Assembly: GCA_963843575.1 (NCBI GenBank)
Contig: CAWJKZ010000012.1
Span: 192,001-256,000 of the forward strand
Direction: 5' to 3'
Source of the DNA: an uncultured Acidobacteriota bacterium
Lineage (GTDB): Bacteria; Acidobacteriota; UBA6911
DNA length: 64,000 bases
Shown here piece by piece: positions 20,587 through 31,501 of the stretch. Under the pieces are notes generated by a model. The model made no database searches. It was not told the DNA's origin and saw only the letters and a list, made by a program, of their open reading frames with translations. The translations under genes were made by a program, and so were the position numbers. Numbering within the stretch: the stretch's first letter is position 1; every line of letters begins with the position of its first letter.

Positions 20587-21921
20587 TCACTGATCCAGAT
20601 TTCTGCGGTCGATGACCCGCTTCGCCTTGCCTTCGCTGCGCTGGATGGCGCGCGGTTCCACCAGCCGGACGTTGACCCGCAAGCCGAGCATCTGCTCCAG
20701 CGCGTACGCCAGCCTGCGGTTGAGTTCCTCGAGCGCGCCGATCTTGTCGCTGAAGACCTCCGGGGTGACCTCGACCTGGACCTCCATCTCGTCCAGCCCC
20801 TTTTTGCGGGTGAGAATGATCTGGTAATGCGGGAGGGTTCCTTCGACGGCGAGCAGCGCCGTCTCGACCTGCGACGGGTAAACGTTCACGCCCCGGATGA
20901 TGATCATGTCGTCGGCGCGCCGGGCGATCCGGCGCATGCGGCGCAGGGTGCGGCCGCAGGGGCAGGCCCCCGGGACGATCGCGGTGATGTCGCGAGTGCG
21001 GTAGCGGATCATCGGCATGGCCCGCTTCGAAAGCGTGGTGAACAGCAGTTCCCCTTCGACCCCGTCCGGGAGCGGCTCGCCGGTATCCGGGTCGATGATC
21101 TCGGGGAAGAAGTGGTCCTCCAGGATGTGCAGACCGTTCTGGCACTCGCATTCGATCGCGACCCCGGGGCCCACGATTTCCGAAAGGCCGTAGATGTCGA
21201 ACGCACGGATCCCGCCCGCGCGTTCGATGTGCCGCCGCATCGAATCGGTCCAGGGCTCCGCGCCGAACACCCCGACGCGCAGCGGGGTGCTCCGGAGATC
21301 GACGCCCAGCTCCGCCGCCCGCTCGAGCAGGTGGACGAAGTAACTCGGGGTGCTGCAGATGGCCGTCACGCGGAAGTCCCTCATCACCATGATCTGCCGG
21401 TCGGTGTTCCCGCCCGAAATCGGGATGACGGTCGCCCCGAGGCCCTCCGCGCCGTAGTGCGCTCCCAGCCCGCCGGTGAACAGCCCGTAGCCGTATGCGT
21501 TCTGCACCACGTCCCCCTGGTCGATCCCGCACGCCGCGAGGCAGCGCATCATCGCGTTGGTCCAGACGGCCACATCCTCTTTGGTGTAGGCCACTACGAT
21601 CGGCTTCCCGGTGGTGCCGCTCGACGCGTGCAACCGCACGATCTCCGGCATCGGGCTGGCGAAGAGCCCGAACGGATAGGTGTCGCGCAGATCGCTCTTG
21701 GTCATGAACGGCAACAGCCGGACGTCTTCCAGCGCGCGCATGCTCTCGGGCGACACCTCCCGTTCCTCGAGCCGGCTCCGGAACAGGCCCACGTTGTCGT
21801 AAGCCCGGCGCACCACGGCTTTGAGGCGCGCCAGCTGCAGGTCGCGCATCTTGGGCACCGGGAGATAGTCCGGTGTGCTGGCCGGATTGAACCGACAAGC
21901 CGCATCGGCGTCGTCACTCAT
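20587..21921 (-). CDS. paaK: Phenylacetate-CoA ligase
   Basis: [75 protein letters not shown]. Confidence 0.92.
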   Translation of the reverse strand: MSDDADAACRFNPASTPDYLPVPKMRDLQLARLKAVVRRAYDNVGLFRSRLEEREVSPESMRALEDVRLLPFMTKSDLRDTYPFGLFASPMPEIVRLHASSGTTGKPIVVAYTKEDVAVWTNAMMRCLAACGIDQGDVVQNAYGYGLFTGGLGAHYGAEGLGATVIPISGGNTDRQIMVMRDFRVTAICSTPSYFVHLLERAAELGVDLRSTPLRVGVFGAEPWTDSMRRHIERAGGIRAFDIYGLSEIVGPGVAIECECQNGLHILEDHFFPEIIDPDTGEPLPDGVEGELLFTTLSKRAMPMIRYRTRDITAIVPGACPCGRTLRRMRRIARRADDMIIIRGVNVYPSQVETALLAVEGTLPHYQIILTRKKGLDEMEVQVEVTPEVFSDKIGALEELNRRLAYALEQMLGLRVNVRLVEPRAIQRSEGKAKRVIDRRNLDQ

Positions 21922-21992
21922 AGACTCTCCTTGGAATCGCATCAGTCTACTACGGAGTCGCCGCCGGGCAACGCAAGATTGTCGCCGGCCCC

Positions 21993-22101
21993 GGAGTGCG
22001 GCGGCTCGACGGGCTCGACGCCGCTTTGTTGGCGGCGCCTGGGCGCCGGGCATTTCGACTGTAGGACGCACACAAAGCGGGGCCCGAGGCGCCGCACTCC
22101 A
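21993..22101. repeat. Family D REP doublet
   Basis: GGAGTGCGGCGGCTCGAC..CGCCGCTTTG and the inverted CAAAGCGG..GAGGCGCCGCACTCCA. Confidence 0.65.
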
Positions 22102-22290
22102 GGGTCCGGCCAGACAAACTTCGTGCCGACTATGCCCGGCCGCGACTCCGTCCGGAACACCAGGCGTCTTGCATCCCCGGCTTCCGGGGTGTACATTCCA
22201 TCGCATCGGGTGTCGTTTCAGTCAGCAAATACAATCGAGCTGTACGAGTCGCCGGGATGCGGTCTGCGCATCCGGTCCGGGAGGTCTTGT

Positions 22291-23718
22291 ATGAAACCCC
22301 AGTCCATCGAAGCCTGGAATCTCGCGGTGGTGCAGGCGCATTTTGACGCCGAGGCCGGCGGGAGCATCGACCCGGCTCTCGACCTGTACTCCGACGACGT
22401 GGTTTGGGAGGCGCCCGCGCGCAACCTGAGCCTGCGGGGGAAACGAGCGGCCGCCGAGAACTATCGCTCGATGTTCTCGTCGATGTCCGGCACCAGGTTC
22501 AAGTCCCTGCGCCGGTTCTGCGCCGCGGACAAGGTCGTCGACGAGGGGATGCTCAGCTTCCGCCTCACCGGTGACGGCGTCCCCGCCGCACCCCTGCCGG
22601 TCGGCGCCGACGTCTGCATGCGCGTCGTTCACATTTTCGACCTGCACGAGGGGCAGATCGCGCGCGAGTCGGTCATGGAGATGTGGCCCGTCGGCGAAGC
22701 CCGCGCCGCGGCGACCTCGCCCGGCCTCGAGCACATCATGCAGCTGGGGCTCGGATTCTGGGGCTCCAAGGTGCTGCTGAGCGCGGTAGAGCTGGGCGTT
22801 TTTTCCGAACTGGCCAAGAACCCCCTCAGGGGCGCCGTGCTGGCCGAGAGACTCGGCCTGCACACCCGCAGCGCCCGCGACTTCTTCGACGCGCTCGTCG
22901 CACTCGGGATGCTCGAGCGCCGCGGCGACCTCTACGAGAATACCCCCGACACCGGGTCCCTGCTCGACCGCGCGAGCCCGAGCTATGTCGGCGGGATGCT
23001 GGAAATGGCCAACGCGCGCCTCTACAGGTTCTGGGGGGCGCTGACCGAAGCCTTGCGCACGGGGCGGCCGCAGAACGAGGTGCTCGAGGGCGGCCGGTTC
23101 TTCGAGCAGCTCTACAGCGACCCGCTGCGCCTGAAGGGCTTCCTGCAGGGGATGACCGGCATCAGCATGGGAGCCGCCCACGCGATCGCCCGGAAGTTCC
23201 CGTGGAAACGCTACCGCAGCTACGTCGATGTCGGCGCAGCCCAGGGGGCCGTTCCCGTCCAGGTGTCGCTCGCCCACCCGCACCTCGCGGGCAGCGGGTT
23301 CGACCTTCCGGTCGTCCGCCCCATTTTCGAAGAATACGTCCGCTCATTCGGGCTCGCCGACCGCGTGCGCTTCCAGGAGGGCAATTTCTTCACCGACCCG
23401 CTCCCCGCCGCGGACGTGCTCGTCATGGGACACATCCTGCACGACTGGGACATGTCGGAGAAGCGCGCCCTGATCGCCAAGGCCTACCAGGCCCTTCCCC
23501 CCGGCGGCGCGCTGCTCGTCTACGAGGCCCTGATCGACGACCAGCGCCGGCAGAACGCCTTCGGGCTGCTCATGAGCCTGAACATGCTCATCGAAACCCC
23601 CGGCGGCTTCGACTACACGGGCGCCGACTGCTCGGCCTGGATGCGCGAAGCAGGCTTCCGCGAAACCAGGGTCGAGCACCTCAGCGGCCCCGACTCCATG
23701 GTCGTCGGCATCAAATAG
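22291..23718 (+). CDS. SnoaL/NTF2-like domain fused to a SAM-dependent O-methyltransferase (dimerisation + Methyltransf_2)
   Basis: N-term [36 protein letters not shown]; C-term [49 protein letters not shown]. Confidence 0.8.
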   Translation: MKPQSIEAWNLAVVQAHFDAEAGGSIDPALDLYSDDVVWEAPARNLSLRGKRAAAENYRSMFSSMSGTRFKSLRRFCAADKVVDEGMLSFRLTGDGVPAAPLPVGADVCMRVVHIFDLHEGQIARESVMEMWPVGEARAAATSPGLEHIMQLGLGFWGSKVLLSAVELGVFSELAKNPLRGAVLAERLGLHTRSARDFFDALVALGMLERRGDLYENTPDTGSLLDRASPSYVGGMLEMANARLYRFWGALTEALRTGRPQNEVLEGGRFFEQLYSDPLRLKGFLQGMTGISMGAAHAIARKFPWKRYRSYVDVGAAQGAVPVQVSLAHPHLAGSGFDLPVVRPIFEEYVRSFGLADRVRFQEGNFFTDPLPAADVLVMGHILHDWDMSEKRALIAKAYQALPPGGALLVYEALIDDQRRQNAFGLLMSLNMLIETPGGFDYTGADCSAWMREAGFRETRVEHLSGPDSMVVGIK

Positions 23719-23828
23719 GGGACGGACCAGGATAAACCGTCTAGACCCAGACGACTTAAGGTGTTTTAGCCTCGAAAAAGCGCCCTTATTCGCGATTTTT
23801 GGTGCCATTTTTCTCGTTTAAGCCGCCG
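23718..23828. mobile_element. Family C MITE, left half only
   Basis: GGGGACGGACC terminus overlapping the methyltransferase stop, then CTTATTCGCGATTTTTGGTGCCATTTT as in the full copies. Confidence 0.65.
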
Positions 23829-23857
23829 CGTCGGGCTTTCGGGAGGGCCGAATCGAG

Positions 23858-24239
23858 TCAGGGCCTGATGGTCATCGTGTCGTCGATGGACAGGGTGGGA
23901 GCGCCCGGCAGCTGCGGGTCCGGCGTGGCCGTGATCAGAGAAACGCCGGGCGCCGTCAACAAGTTCCAGGGTGTAAGAGTATCCGCGCCGCGCCGCGCGA
24001 GGTACATTCGAGACAACCGCCGAATTCCGCAATTGTTCGAGCGTGCCGTAGCTGCCGTTCGCGGCCAGGTAGTAGCGCTCCGCCTGTGCAAGCGAAAGGA
24101 GATCGCTCCGGACGGCGGCGATATCGATCTGTGCTGCCGCGGGTTCTCGATTGCCGACGCGAACCATCTGCAGCGAGTAGATGCGGTAGCCGACAGCCAG
24201 CACCAGCACCAATCCCAGCAATCCGGTCACGATTCTCAC
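23858..24239 (-). CDS. Small membrane-anchored pilin-like protein; frameshift near 23950
   Basis: N-terminal TM, then helix SDLLSLAQAERYYLAANGSYGTLEQL, GYSYTL, ITATP; resembles the type IV pilin globular region but has no class III signal. Confidence 0.55.
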
Positions 24240-24295
24240 GGCATGCTCCTGTGGCGCGTCCCACATTTCTTTTCGACCGTTGTCAGGGATCGCTT

Positions 24296-24545
24296 AGTAC
24301 TCGTGTTCAGAAATACGCTAACGTTTCCAGGACGCAGATTTGCGCGGATACACGCGGATTTCTACCTGGTGGCAGGCCGCGCCCGGCATTCCTCCCCGAG
24401 GGCTGCCTTGGCACGCATCAAAGCCCGGCTCCCGCAGGATCCGCGTGAATCCGCAAAATCCGCGAAGATCCGCGTTCTGCTGTTGTCAATCGGTGACCAG
24501 CTCCATCCCAAGAATACGTTAGCGTATTTGCGAAATGTGGTACTT
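24296..24545. mobile_element. Family B MITE-like element, copy 2
   Basis: AGTACTCGTGTTCAGAAATACGCTAACGT ... ACGTTAGCGTATTT; shares long stretches with 17313-17630 but has only one arm of the inner palindrome. Confidence 0.75.
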
Positions 24546-24733
24546 AGTCGCAAATCAGGCCGAATCCCGGAAATAACAGGACTTGTCCGGACGCAAACCG
24601 GGGTAAGCTACCGCCGTTGGGCGGCCTGCGCCCGGCATGATTCTGTCGCCTGGGGGTCAGACGTCTTTTCGGACGCGGATTGACGTGGAATTCCTGCTCT
24701 GCACCCGCTTTTCCTTTCCGTCCGGTGACGCGT

Positions 24734-26182
24734 ATGTTCTGCATACATTGCGGCGCTGAAAACCTCGACGGGGCGCGGTTTTGCGTCTCGTGCGGCCAGA
24801 ACGTGCAGGCGTCGAAGCCGGGCGGCAGGGCCGGCAGCAGCCCCACGCTCGACGCGGCCGAGACCGAAATGGGCCTGAGCGTCGGCCAGACCCTGGGCGG
24901 CCGTTTCGAGGTCCGGAGACTGGTGGGAGCGGGCGGCATGGGCCGCGTCTACCTGGCCAAAGACCACGTCCTGGAGCGACCGGTGGCGCTGAAGGTGTTG
25001 CGGGATTTGCTGAGCCGCGACACAGGTTCGGTGCGGCGTCTGGTTGAAGAGGCCAAGGCTGCAATCCGTCTGGCGCATCCCAACATCGTGAGGGTCGACG
25101 ACTATCACGACGCCGGCACCGTCAAGTTCCTGGCCATGGAATACGTCGACGGCCAGACACTCACCGACCGCATCGAGGCGGGTCTGGACGAGCAGGAGGC
25201 GCGCCGGATCGCCGTCGAAATCTGCAAGGGCCTGGAGCACGCGCACGCCAACAGGGTGATCCACCGGGACCTCAAACCGGGCAACATCCTGCTCGGGAGA
25301 GACGGCTCGGTCAAAATCGCCGATTTCGGCATCGCCCGCGTCGCCAGGGATTCGGTCTCGCGGCTGGGCTCGCAACAGGATTCCGGGACCCTGCTCTACA
25401 TGGCGCCCGAGCAGTTGCTGGGAAAAAGCAGCGAAGCAAGCGACATCTATTCGCTCGGGGTCGTTCTCTACGAGATGATCTCGGGCGATCCCCCTTTCAG
25501 TTCGGGCGACATCTCGTACCAGATACGCGAGGTCGCGCCCCAGCCGCCTCGGGGTGCCTCGGCTCCCCTCGCCGCCACGGTGCTGAAGTGCCTCCGCAAG
25601 AGCCCCGCGGAGCGTTTCGCCACCGTCCGGGAACTCCGGGAGGAGTTGGAGATGGCGACGGGCGTCAGACAGGCGGACGTCGCGGTGCAGATCGAACGTC
25701 TTCCGGAGCGGCGGCCCGACGTCGCTGGCCCACCGGTCTCGACGGCGCCCGGGAGCACGGCCGCGAGCGCCCCCGGAACATTTGTCGATCATGCATCGCA
25801 GCAGCATCGTGTGGGAAAGTGGCGCAGCGTCGGGAAGCACGCGCTGCTGGGCGCCGTCGGTTTTGGCGGCATCACGATCCCCGCGGCGCCCCTCATCTAC
25901 GAAGGTGCCCAGGACGAGATCCGTGTGGTCTTTTTCGTGTGCCCCGTGGTGGCAGGGCTCCTTGGGCCCATCCTTCTGAAGCTCAAACGCCCGACTGTCG
26001 TCGTGTTCGGCCTTGTCTCACTGGCTCTCGCCGTGATGCTGCAGTATCCCAACATCACGCGCGGGGATATAGAGGATGCGGTTCCGTTCCTGGTCTGCCT
26101 CTTTCTCGCCGGAGGAGCAGCGTTCGGCGCCTTCGTGGGATACAAGAGGCGCGGCGATGGCCTCGCGGCAGCCCCGAAGTAA
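24734..26182 (+). CDS. Hanks-type Ser/Thr protein kinase with N-terminal zinc ribbon and C-terminal TM helices
   Basis: MFCIHCG..FCVSCG; GAGGMGRV, VALK, HRDLKPGN, DFG, GTLLYMAPEQ, SDIYSLG. Confidence 0.92.
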   Translation: MFCIHCGAENLDGARFCVSCGQNVQASKPGGRAGSSPTLDAAETEMGLSVGQTLGGRFEVRRLVGAGGMGRVYLAKDHVLERPVALKVLRDLLSRDTGSVRRLVEEAKAAIRLAHPNIVRVDDYHDAGTVKFLAMEYVDGQTLTDRIEAGLDEQEARRIAVEICKGLEHAHANRVIHRDLKPGNILLGRDGSVKIADFGIARVARDSVSRLGSQQDSGTLLYMAPEQLLGKSSEASDIYSLGVVLYEMISGDPPFSSGDISYQIREVAPQPPRGASAPLAATVLKCLRKSPAERFATVRELREELEMATGVRQADVAVQIERLPERRPDVAGPPVSTAPGSTAASAPGTFVDHASQQHRVGKWRSVGKHALLGAVGFGGITIPAAPLIYEGAQDEIRVVFFVCPVVAGLLGPILLKLKRPTVVVFGLVSLALAVMLQYPNITRGDIEDAVPFLVCLFLAGGAAFGAFVGYKRRGDGLAAAPK

Positions 26183-26215
26183 CTGCTGCCGATTGAGGTA
26201 ACGGGGGTGTCTGGC

Positions 26216-26479
26216 ATGGCCAGGAACACCGGCAGGTTCAAGAACATAAAATTGGGCAAGAACATCCACCGCCAGATGAAGCGCCGCGGCCCGCCGCAGC
26301 CCTATCCCCGCAGGCAGGTCACGCCGCCCTGGCAGCCCGGCAATACCAGGGAGCCGGTGACGCCGCCGGACGTCCCGGAAATCGCTCCGCCGGACGAGCA
26401 GGTGACTGGAGAGGAAATCCCTGAGGTACCGTCCCCGCTCAACGGCGCGCCGGCTCGACCCGGCGGACCGTGCCGTTGA
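26216..26479 (+). CDS. Small basic, proline-rich hypothetical protein
   Basis: [28 protein letters not shown]; Lys/Asn-rich with GC3-biased codons, unlike shadow ORFs. Confidence 0.45.
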   Translation: MARNTGRFKNIKLGKNIHRQMKRRGPPQPYPRRQVTPPWQPGNTREPVTPPDVPEIAPPDEQVTGEEIPEVPSPLNGAPARPGGPCR

Positions 26480-28806
26480 CGCGCACCCGGACTGGGCGCG
26501 GTTGCGCCGATCGAATCCGGTACTCCGTCACCTTCCCGTCCGCCCACGCGAGATCCACCTCGAAGCCGCCCCGCGCGCGCAGGCCGCTGACGCGGCCGGC
26601 GGGCCAGTCCTTCGGCAACGCGGGCAGCAGGACGACCTCGCCGCCGTGACTCTGGAGGAGCATCTCGGCGATGCCGGAGGTGGCGCCGAAGTTGCCGTCG
26701 ATCTGGAACGGCGGGTGAGCATCGAACAGGTTCGGATACATGCCGCCGCCGCCCATCGTGTCCTGTCGCCCAGCGGGCTTGAGCAGGTTCTTGAGGATCC
26801 GCAGGCGTGATCGCCGTCGAGGAAGCGGGCCCAGAGGTTGATCTTCCAGCCCATGCTCCAGCCGGTCGCCGCGTCGCCGCGGTAGATCAGCGATTGACGC
26901 GCCGCGGCGAAGAGCTCCTGCGTCCCGCGGCGTGATTTCCGCGCCCGGATAAACGCCCCACAGGTGCGACACGTGGCGGTGAGTGTTCTTCGGGATCATC
27001 CTTGTCCTCGACCCATTCCTGGAGTTGGCCGTGCTTGCCGATCCGGTTCGGGGCGATCTGCCTGCGCGCGGCGTCGAGCTCGTCGGCCGAGGTCCGCGAT
27101 CCATCCCGAGGATGCGCGCCGCCTCGGCGGTGTTGGCAAAGAGGGCGCGGATGATCTGGTGGTCCATCGTCGGCCCCATCACGAGGCCACCCTGCTCCGG
27201 CGAATTCGACGGGCCGCTGATGAGCCAGCCGGTGATCGGGTCTTTGACGAGGTAATCCACGAAGAACAAGCGCCGCCTCTTTCATGACGGATAGGCCCGC
27301 GGGGCGAGGAACTCCTTGTCGCCGGTGAACAGGTAGTGCTCCCAAAGGTGCTGGCAGAGCCAGGCGCCGCCGCTCGGCCAGATGCCGTGGTTGCTGGCGT
27401 TGATGGGCGCGGTGCCGCGCCAGAGGTCGGTGTTGTGGTGCAACACCCAGCCGCGCGCGCCGTAGTGGGCCTGCGCGGTCTTCCGCCCGGTGACCGCGCA
27501 ATCCTCGATCATGTCGAACAGCGGCTCGGCGCATTCGGAGAGGTTCGCCACCTCGGCCGGCCAGTAGTTCATCTCGGTGTTGATGTTCACCGTCCACTTG
27601 CTGTCCCACGGCGGGTTGCAGCGAGTCGTTCCAGATGCCCTGCAGGTTGGCCGGCTGGCCGCCCGGGCGGCTGCTGGCGATGAGCAGGTAGCGGCCGTAC
27701 TGGAACGTCAGCGCGGCCAGATCCGGATCGTGGCCCGCCTGCGAAACCGCGGATGCGCTCGTCGGTCGGCAGCTTCGCGGCGTCCGTCGTGCCGAGGTCG
27801 AGCGACACGCGCCGGAACAGGCGCTGATGGTCCGCCACGTGCGCCTCGAGCAGCGCCTCGACATCCTTTTCCGGCGACGCCGTCGAGCGCAGCCGTCGCT
27901 ACGCGCCGCCGGATCCGCGCTGATGTCGGCATAGCTCTTGAAGCTCGTGGCCGCCGCCAGCACCAGCAGGGCGGAGTCGGCGTTCTCGACCGTCAGGGCC
28001 TCGTCCGTCGACGGTGACCTTGCCGCCCTCGGTCGCAATCTGGAGCGCGCGACTCGAACTTCAGCCCGCCGTCCTCGACCTGCCCGAACAAGCGAGAGTT
28101 GATCGCCTTGGCGGATCGCCGTCCGCGCGGAGTCTGTGCGGGCTGTCCAGTCTCGCGGTGAAGCTCACCCGTCCCGGTTTGTCCGCCGTGATGCGCCAGA
28201 CGATCACCTTGTCGGGGAACGTGGCGAAACAGTCGCGCGTGAACCCCGTGTCACCGCTGCGATAGCTCACGACGGCGACGGCGGAGTCGAGGTCGAGGGA
28301 CGCGGCGATAGCCCGTGACGCCCTCGCTTCCGGGGAAAAGACAGCCGCACATCCCCGAACGGCTGATACGCCTTCTGCCTGAGCGGCACGCTCATGAACT
28401 CCTTCATGGCGATGGGCCTCCGCCTCCTTCTGCCTGGCGCGCGCGGCGTCGCGCTTCGCATCGGCCTCCGGGCGCTTGCCCGACCTGCTCCAGCCGGGCC
28501 GACTCGATGTCGAGCGCGCGCCCCTCGTTGAGCAGGTCGCGCAACCGCGGAAGGAACTTCACCGCCCCCTCGTGTTGATACTCGTGCGGGCTGGCCGGTC
28601 CAGAGCGTGCTCTCGTTGAACTGAATGTGCTCGTTCGCGATGCCGCCGAAGATCATCGCACCCAGGCGGCCGTTGCCGATTGGCAGCGCTTCCACCCACT
28701 GGGTCGCGGGCTTGTCGTACCAGAGCTCCAGCCTCTCGGCCGCGTCGGCGTAGAGGCCCGCAGCGAAAGAGAGTTGCATCAACGTGGCAGCTGCGATTTT
28801 CTTCAT
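26439..28806 (-). CDS. GH95 alpha-L-fucosidase / alpha-L-galactosidase; many frameshifts
   Basis: [81 protein letters not shown]. Confidence 0.92.
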
Positions 28807-28847
28807 GTGGTGTGAGCTCACCTCGAAGAACATCGAAGAGCGTAAGG

Positions 28848-30362
28848 TCATGCCATCAGGTGCGCGGTGCTCGTGTAAAGGTCGCGATAGGTCCGATAGC
28901 TCTTCTCGTAGCGTCGGCGCGCGCTCCAGTCGGGGCGGACCATCTGCGCCTCCTTGACCCAGCGGCGCGCCTCCGCCGTCCCTTCGAACAGGCCCACCCC
29001 GATCCCGGCCAGGAAGGCGTCGCCGTAGCTGGCACCGATCCGCTGCGCCGGGATGTGCTGCTCGATCCCGGCTATGTCGCTGACCATCTGCATCCACGGC
29101 AGGTTGCGGGAACCGCCCCCCACCGCCAGGATCCGCAGCGGCTCGGCACCGTCCTCGCGCATCTGCTCGATGTTGTGGCGGATGCCATAGCCCACCGATT
29201 CCAGCACGGCCCGGTAGACGTCGGCGCGCGTGTGGGTCAGCCCCAACCCGAAGAGCACGCCCTTGGCGTGAGGGTCGAGGAGAGGGGTGCGCTCGCCGGA
29301 GAAGTACGGCAGCAGCACCAGACCGTTGGCCCCCGCCGGGGAGGACGCAGCCAGGCGCGCGAGCGCGGCGTAGGCGTTGTCGCCCCCCGCCTGTTCGGCG
29401 CGCACTTCCTCCGGCGCAAATTGGTCGCGGAACCACCGCGTGATGCTGCCAGCCGTCGCCATGCCGCCGGTGAGCACGTAGCTCCCTTTTTCCAGGAAGG
29501 GCGCGCACCAGAAGTGAGGCGTGCGGACCAGCCGCGGAGTGCGCAGTATGAAAAAGGTGCTGCTGCCGTACATGAGCATCATGTCGCCGGAGTCGGCCAA
29601 CCCGGCGCTGATCGCCTCGGCGGCCGCGTCGGCGGTCCCCGTGATGACAGGGGTCCCTTCGGCTAGGCCGCTCAGTTGCGCCCCTTCCCCGGTGACCCGG
29701 CCGGCGATCTCGCAGGTCCAGGTCAGCCGCGGGAGCAGGCTCACCGGAGCCACGTACGCCGCGATTTCCGGGCGCCAGCAGCAGCCCTCCGCATCCAGGA
29801 ACGGCTCGAAGCAGGCGGCGTCGTAGACGTCCAGGGTCGCCTGCCCGGTCAGCCGGTACAGCAGGAACCCGGCGCCGCCGGTCAGGAGCTGCGTCCCGGC
29901 CCACACGTCCGGCTCGTGCCTGCGGATCCACAGCACCTTGGGCGCCGCCGACTGCGAGGAGAGCCGCACCCCCGACCCGCGCAGGGCCGGGTCCGCATCG
30001 ATCGCCTGCTGCAGCTCCGCGATCTCGCGGGTTGCACGCGTGTCGATGCCGTAGAGGATGGCCTTGCGCAGAGGGTGCCCCGCGGCGTCGATCGGCACGA
30101 CCGCGGGCGAGATGGCGCTCAGCCCCAGTCCCGCCACCTGCGTTGCCGGCACCCGGCTCGCCCGGAGCAGCGTGCGCGTGATCTGGAGGAAATCTCCCCA
30201 CCACGTTCTTTCCGCATCGTGCTCGGCCCAGCCTGCCTGGGGCATCTCGAGCGGGTGCTCGACGGTGCAGTCGGCGGCGACCTCGCCGTCCTCCCGCACC
30301 AGGACCCCCTTCGAAGAGTAAGTGCCGATGTCGATGCCGAGAAGATGCATGCCGGTGCTCAC
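28848..30362 (-). CDS. FGGY-family carbohydrate kinase (xylulokinase-like)
   Basis: LGIDIGTYSSKG, ILYGIDTRA, GTADAAAE, LPYFSGERTP, GGGSRN. Confidence 0.9.
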   Translation of the reverse strand: MSTGMHLLGIDIGTYSSKGVLVREDGEVAADCTVEHPLEMPQAGWAEHDAERTWWGDFLQITRTLLRASRVPATQVAGLGLSAISPAVVPIDAAGHPLRKAILYGIDTRATREIAELQQAIDADPALRGSGVRLSSQSAAPKVLWIRRHEPDVWAGTQLLTGGAGFLLYRLTGQATLDVYDAACFEPFLDAEGCCWRPEIAAYVAPVSLLPRLTWTCEIAGRVTGEGAQLSGLAEGTPVITGTADAAAEAISAGLADSGDMMLMYGSSTFFILRTPRLVRTPHFWCAPFLEKGSYVLTGGMATAGSITRWFRDQFAPEEVRAEQAGGDNAYAALARLAASSPAGANGLVLLPYFSGERTPLLDPHAKGVLFGLGLTHTRADVYRAVLESVGYGIRHNIEQMREDGAEPLRILAVGGGSRNLPWMQMVSDIAGIEQHIPAQRIGASYGDAFLAGIGVGLFEGTAEARRWVKEAQMVRPDWSARRRYEKSYRTYRDLYTSTAHLMA

Positions 30363-30390
30363 ACCCGTTCGGTTCCCCGGGAGATCCTGC

Positions 30391-31467
30391 CTACAGCAGG
30401 AAGACGCCGTCCTGCAGCACCGGGGTACCGTCGGCGAGCACGGTCCCTTCCCGGCGGATGTCCTTGACGATGTCCCAGTGGATGGCGGACTTGTTCGTCC
30501 CGCCGCATTCCGGGTAGGCTCGCCCCAGCGCGATGTGGACCGTGCCGCCGATCTTTTCGTCGATCAGGATGTCCTTGCAGAACCTCGTCACCCCGGGATT
30601 GGTTCCGAAGGCAAACTCGCCGATCAGTCTGGCGCCCGCATCGGTGTGGACGACCGCCTGGAGGAACTCCTGGTTGGTCGAGGAGCGCGCCTCGACGAGC
30701 CGCCCGTTTTCCCAGCGCAGGCGGATGTCGTGCACGAGACGCCCGCTCAGCACGCCGGGGATCTCGAAGGAGATGTGACCGTGGACGGATTCGGCGACCG
30801 GCGACGTAAGTATTTCGCCGTCGGGCATGTTGATGCGGCCGTCGGCCACCACCCACGCGCGCCCCGCGACCGGAAGCCGGAGATCGGTGTCGCGGCCCAG
30901 GATCCGGATCTCGCGCGTCCCGCCGAGCCGCTGCGCCCACCGCCGCCACCTGGCGCCCTCAGCCGGCCAGTCGATCAGGCAGGCGTCGAAGAACATGTCG
31001 GTGATGGTCTCCAGGTCCGTCTCGGCCTGGTGCGCCAGGTCGGCGTTCGGGACGCGGACCAGGCACCAGCGCGTCTTCTCCCAGCGCAGCGTGGAGACCT
31101 TGCCCATCGCCGCCTGGTTCATCGACAGCCGGTCGGCGGGAACGTCCCAGTGCTCGTCGAGGTTGTGCGCACCGCGCAGCCCGAGGTACACGTCGGCCCA
31201 CTCCATGCCGTAGGCCTCAATCTCGGGCACCCAGCGCAGTTGCTCTTCGCTGCCGTACCGGAGCAGGGCATGGCGCAGCGTCTCCGAGAGGAACTGCACC
31301 TGTGGGAATGCGCCCGCCTTGACACAGGCCTCGTAGACGGCCTGCACGAGCGGCAGGGTCTCCACCTCGACCATCGCGATCATCACGCGCTCGCCGGCCT
31401 TCACGGCCGCGGAGTAGTCGACCAGCAGCTCGCCGAGCTGTTTCCACCTCTTGTCGGTGTTCCACAT
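30391..31467 (-). CDS. Peptidase M29 (thermophilic metalloprotease / aminopeptidase T) family protein
   Basis: LLVDYS, NMPDGEI, IGEFAFGTN, DEKIGGTVHIALGRAY, SAIHWDIV. Confidence 0.85.
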   Translation of the reverse strand: MWNTDKRWKQLGELLVDYSAAVKAGERVMIAMVEVETLPLVQAVYEACVKAGAFPQVQFLSETLRHALLRYGSEEQLRWVPEIEAYGMEWADVYLGLRGAHNLDEHWDVPADRLSMNQAAMGKVSTLRWEKTRWCLVRVPNADLAHQAETDLETITDMFFDACLIDWPAEGARWRRWAQRLGGTREIRILGRDTDLRLPVAGRAWVVADGRINMPDGEILTSPVAESVHGHISFEIPGVLSGRLVHDIRLRWENGRLVEARSSTNQEFLQAVVHTDAGARLIGEFAFGTNPGVTRFCKDILIDEKIGGTVHIALGRAYPECGGTNKSAIHWDIVKDIRREGTVLADGTPVLQDGVFLL

Positions 31468-31501
31468 ACCCAGAAGTTGTTCGAGTCCCGGCCCGGGTCT
31501 G

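Noticed and set aside
20578-22290. N-terminal 570 aa of the 1046-aa ORF
   Set aside because: It is the antisense shadow of paaK plus intergenic DNA; the real start with RBS is at 22291.
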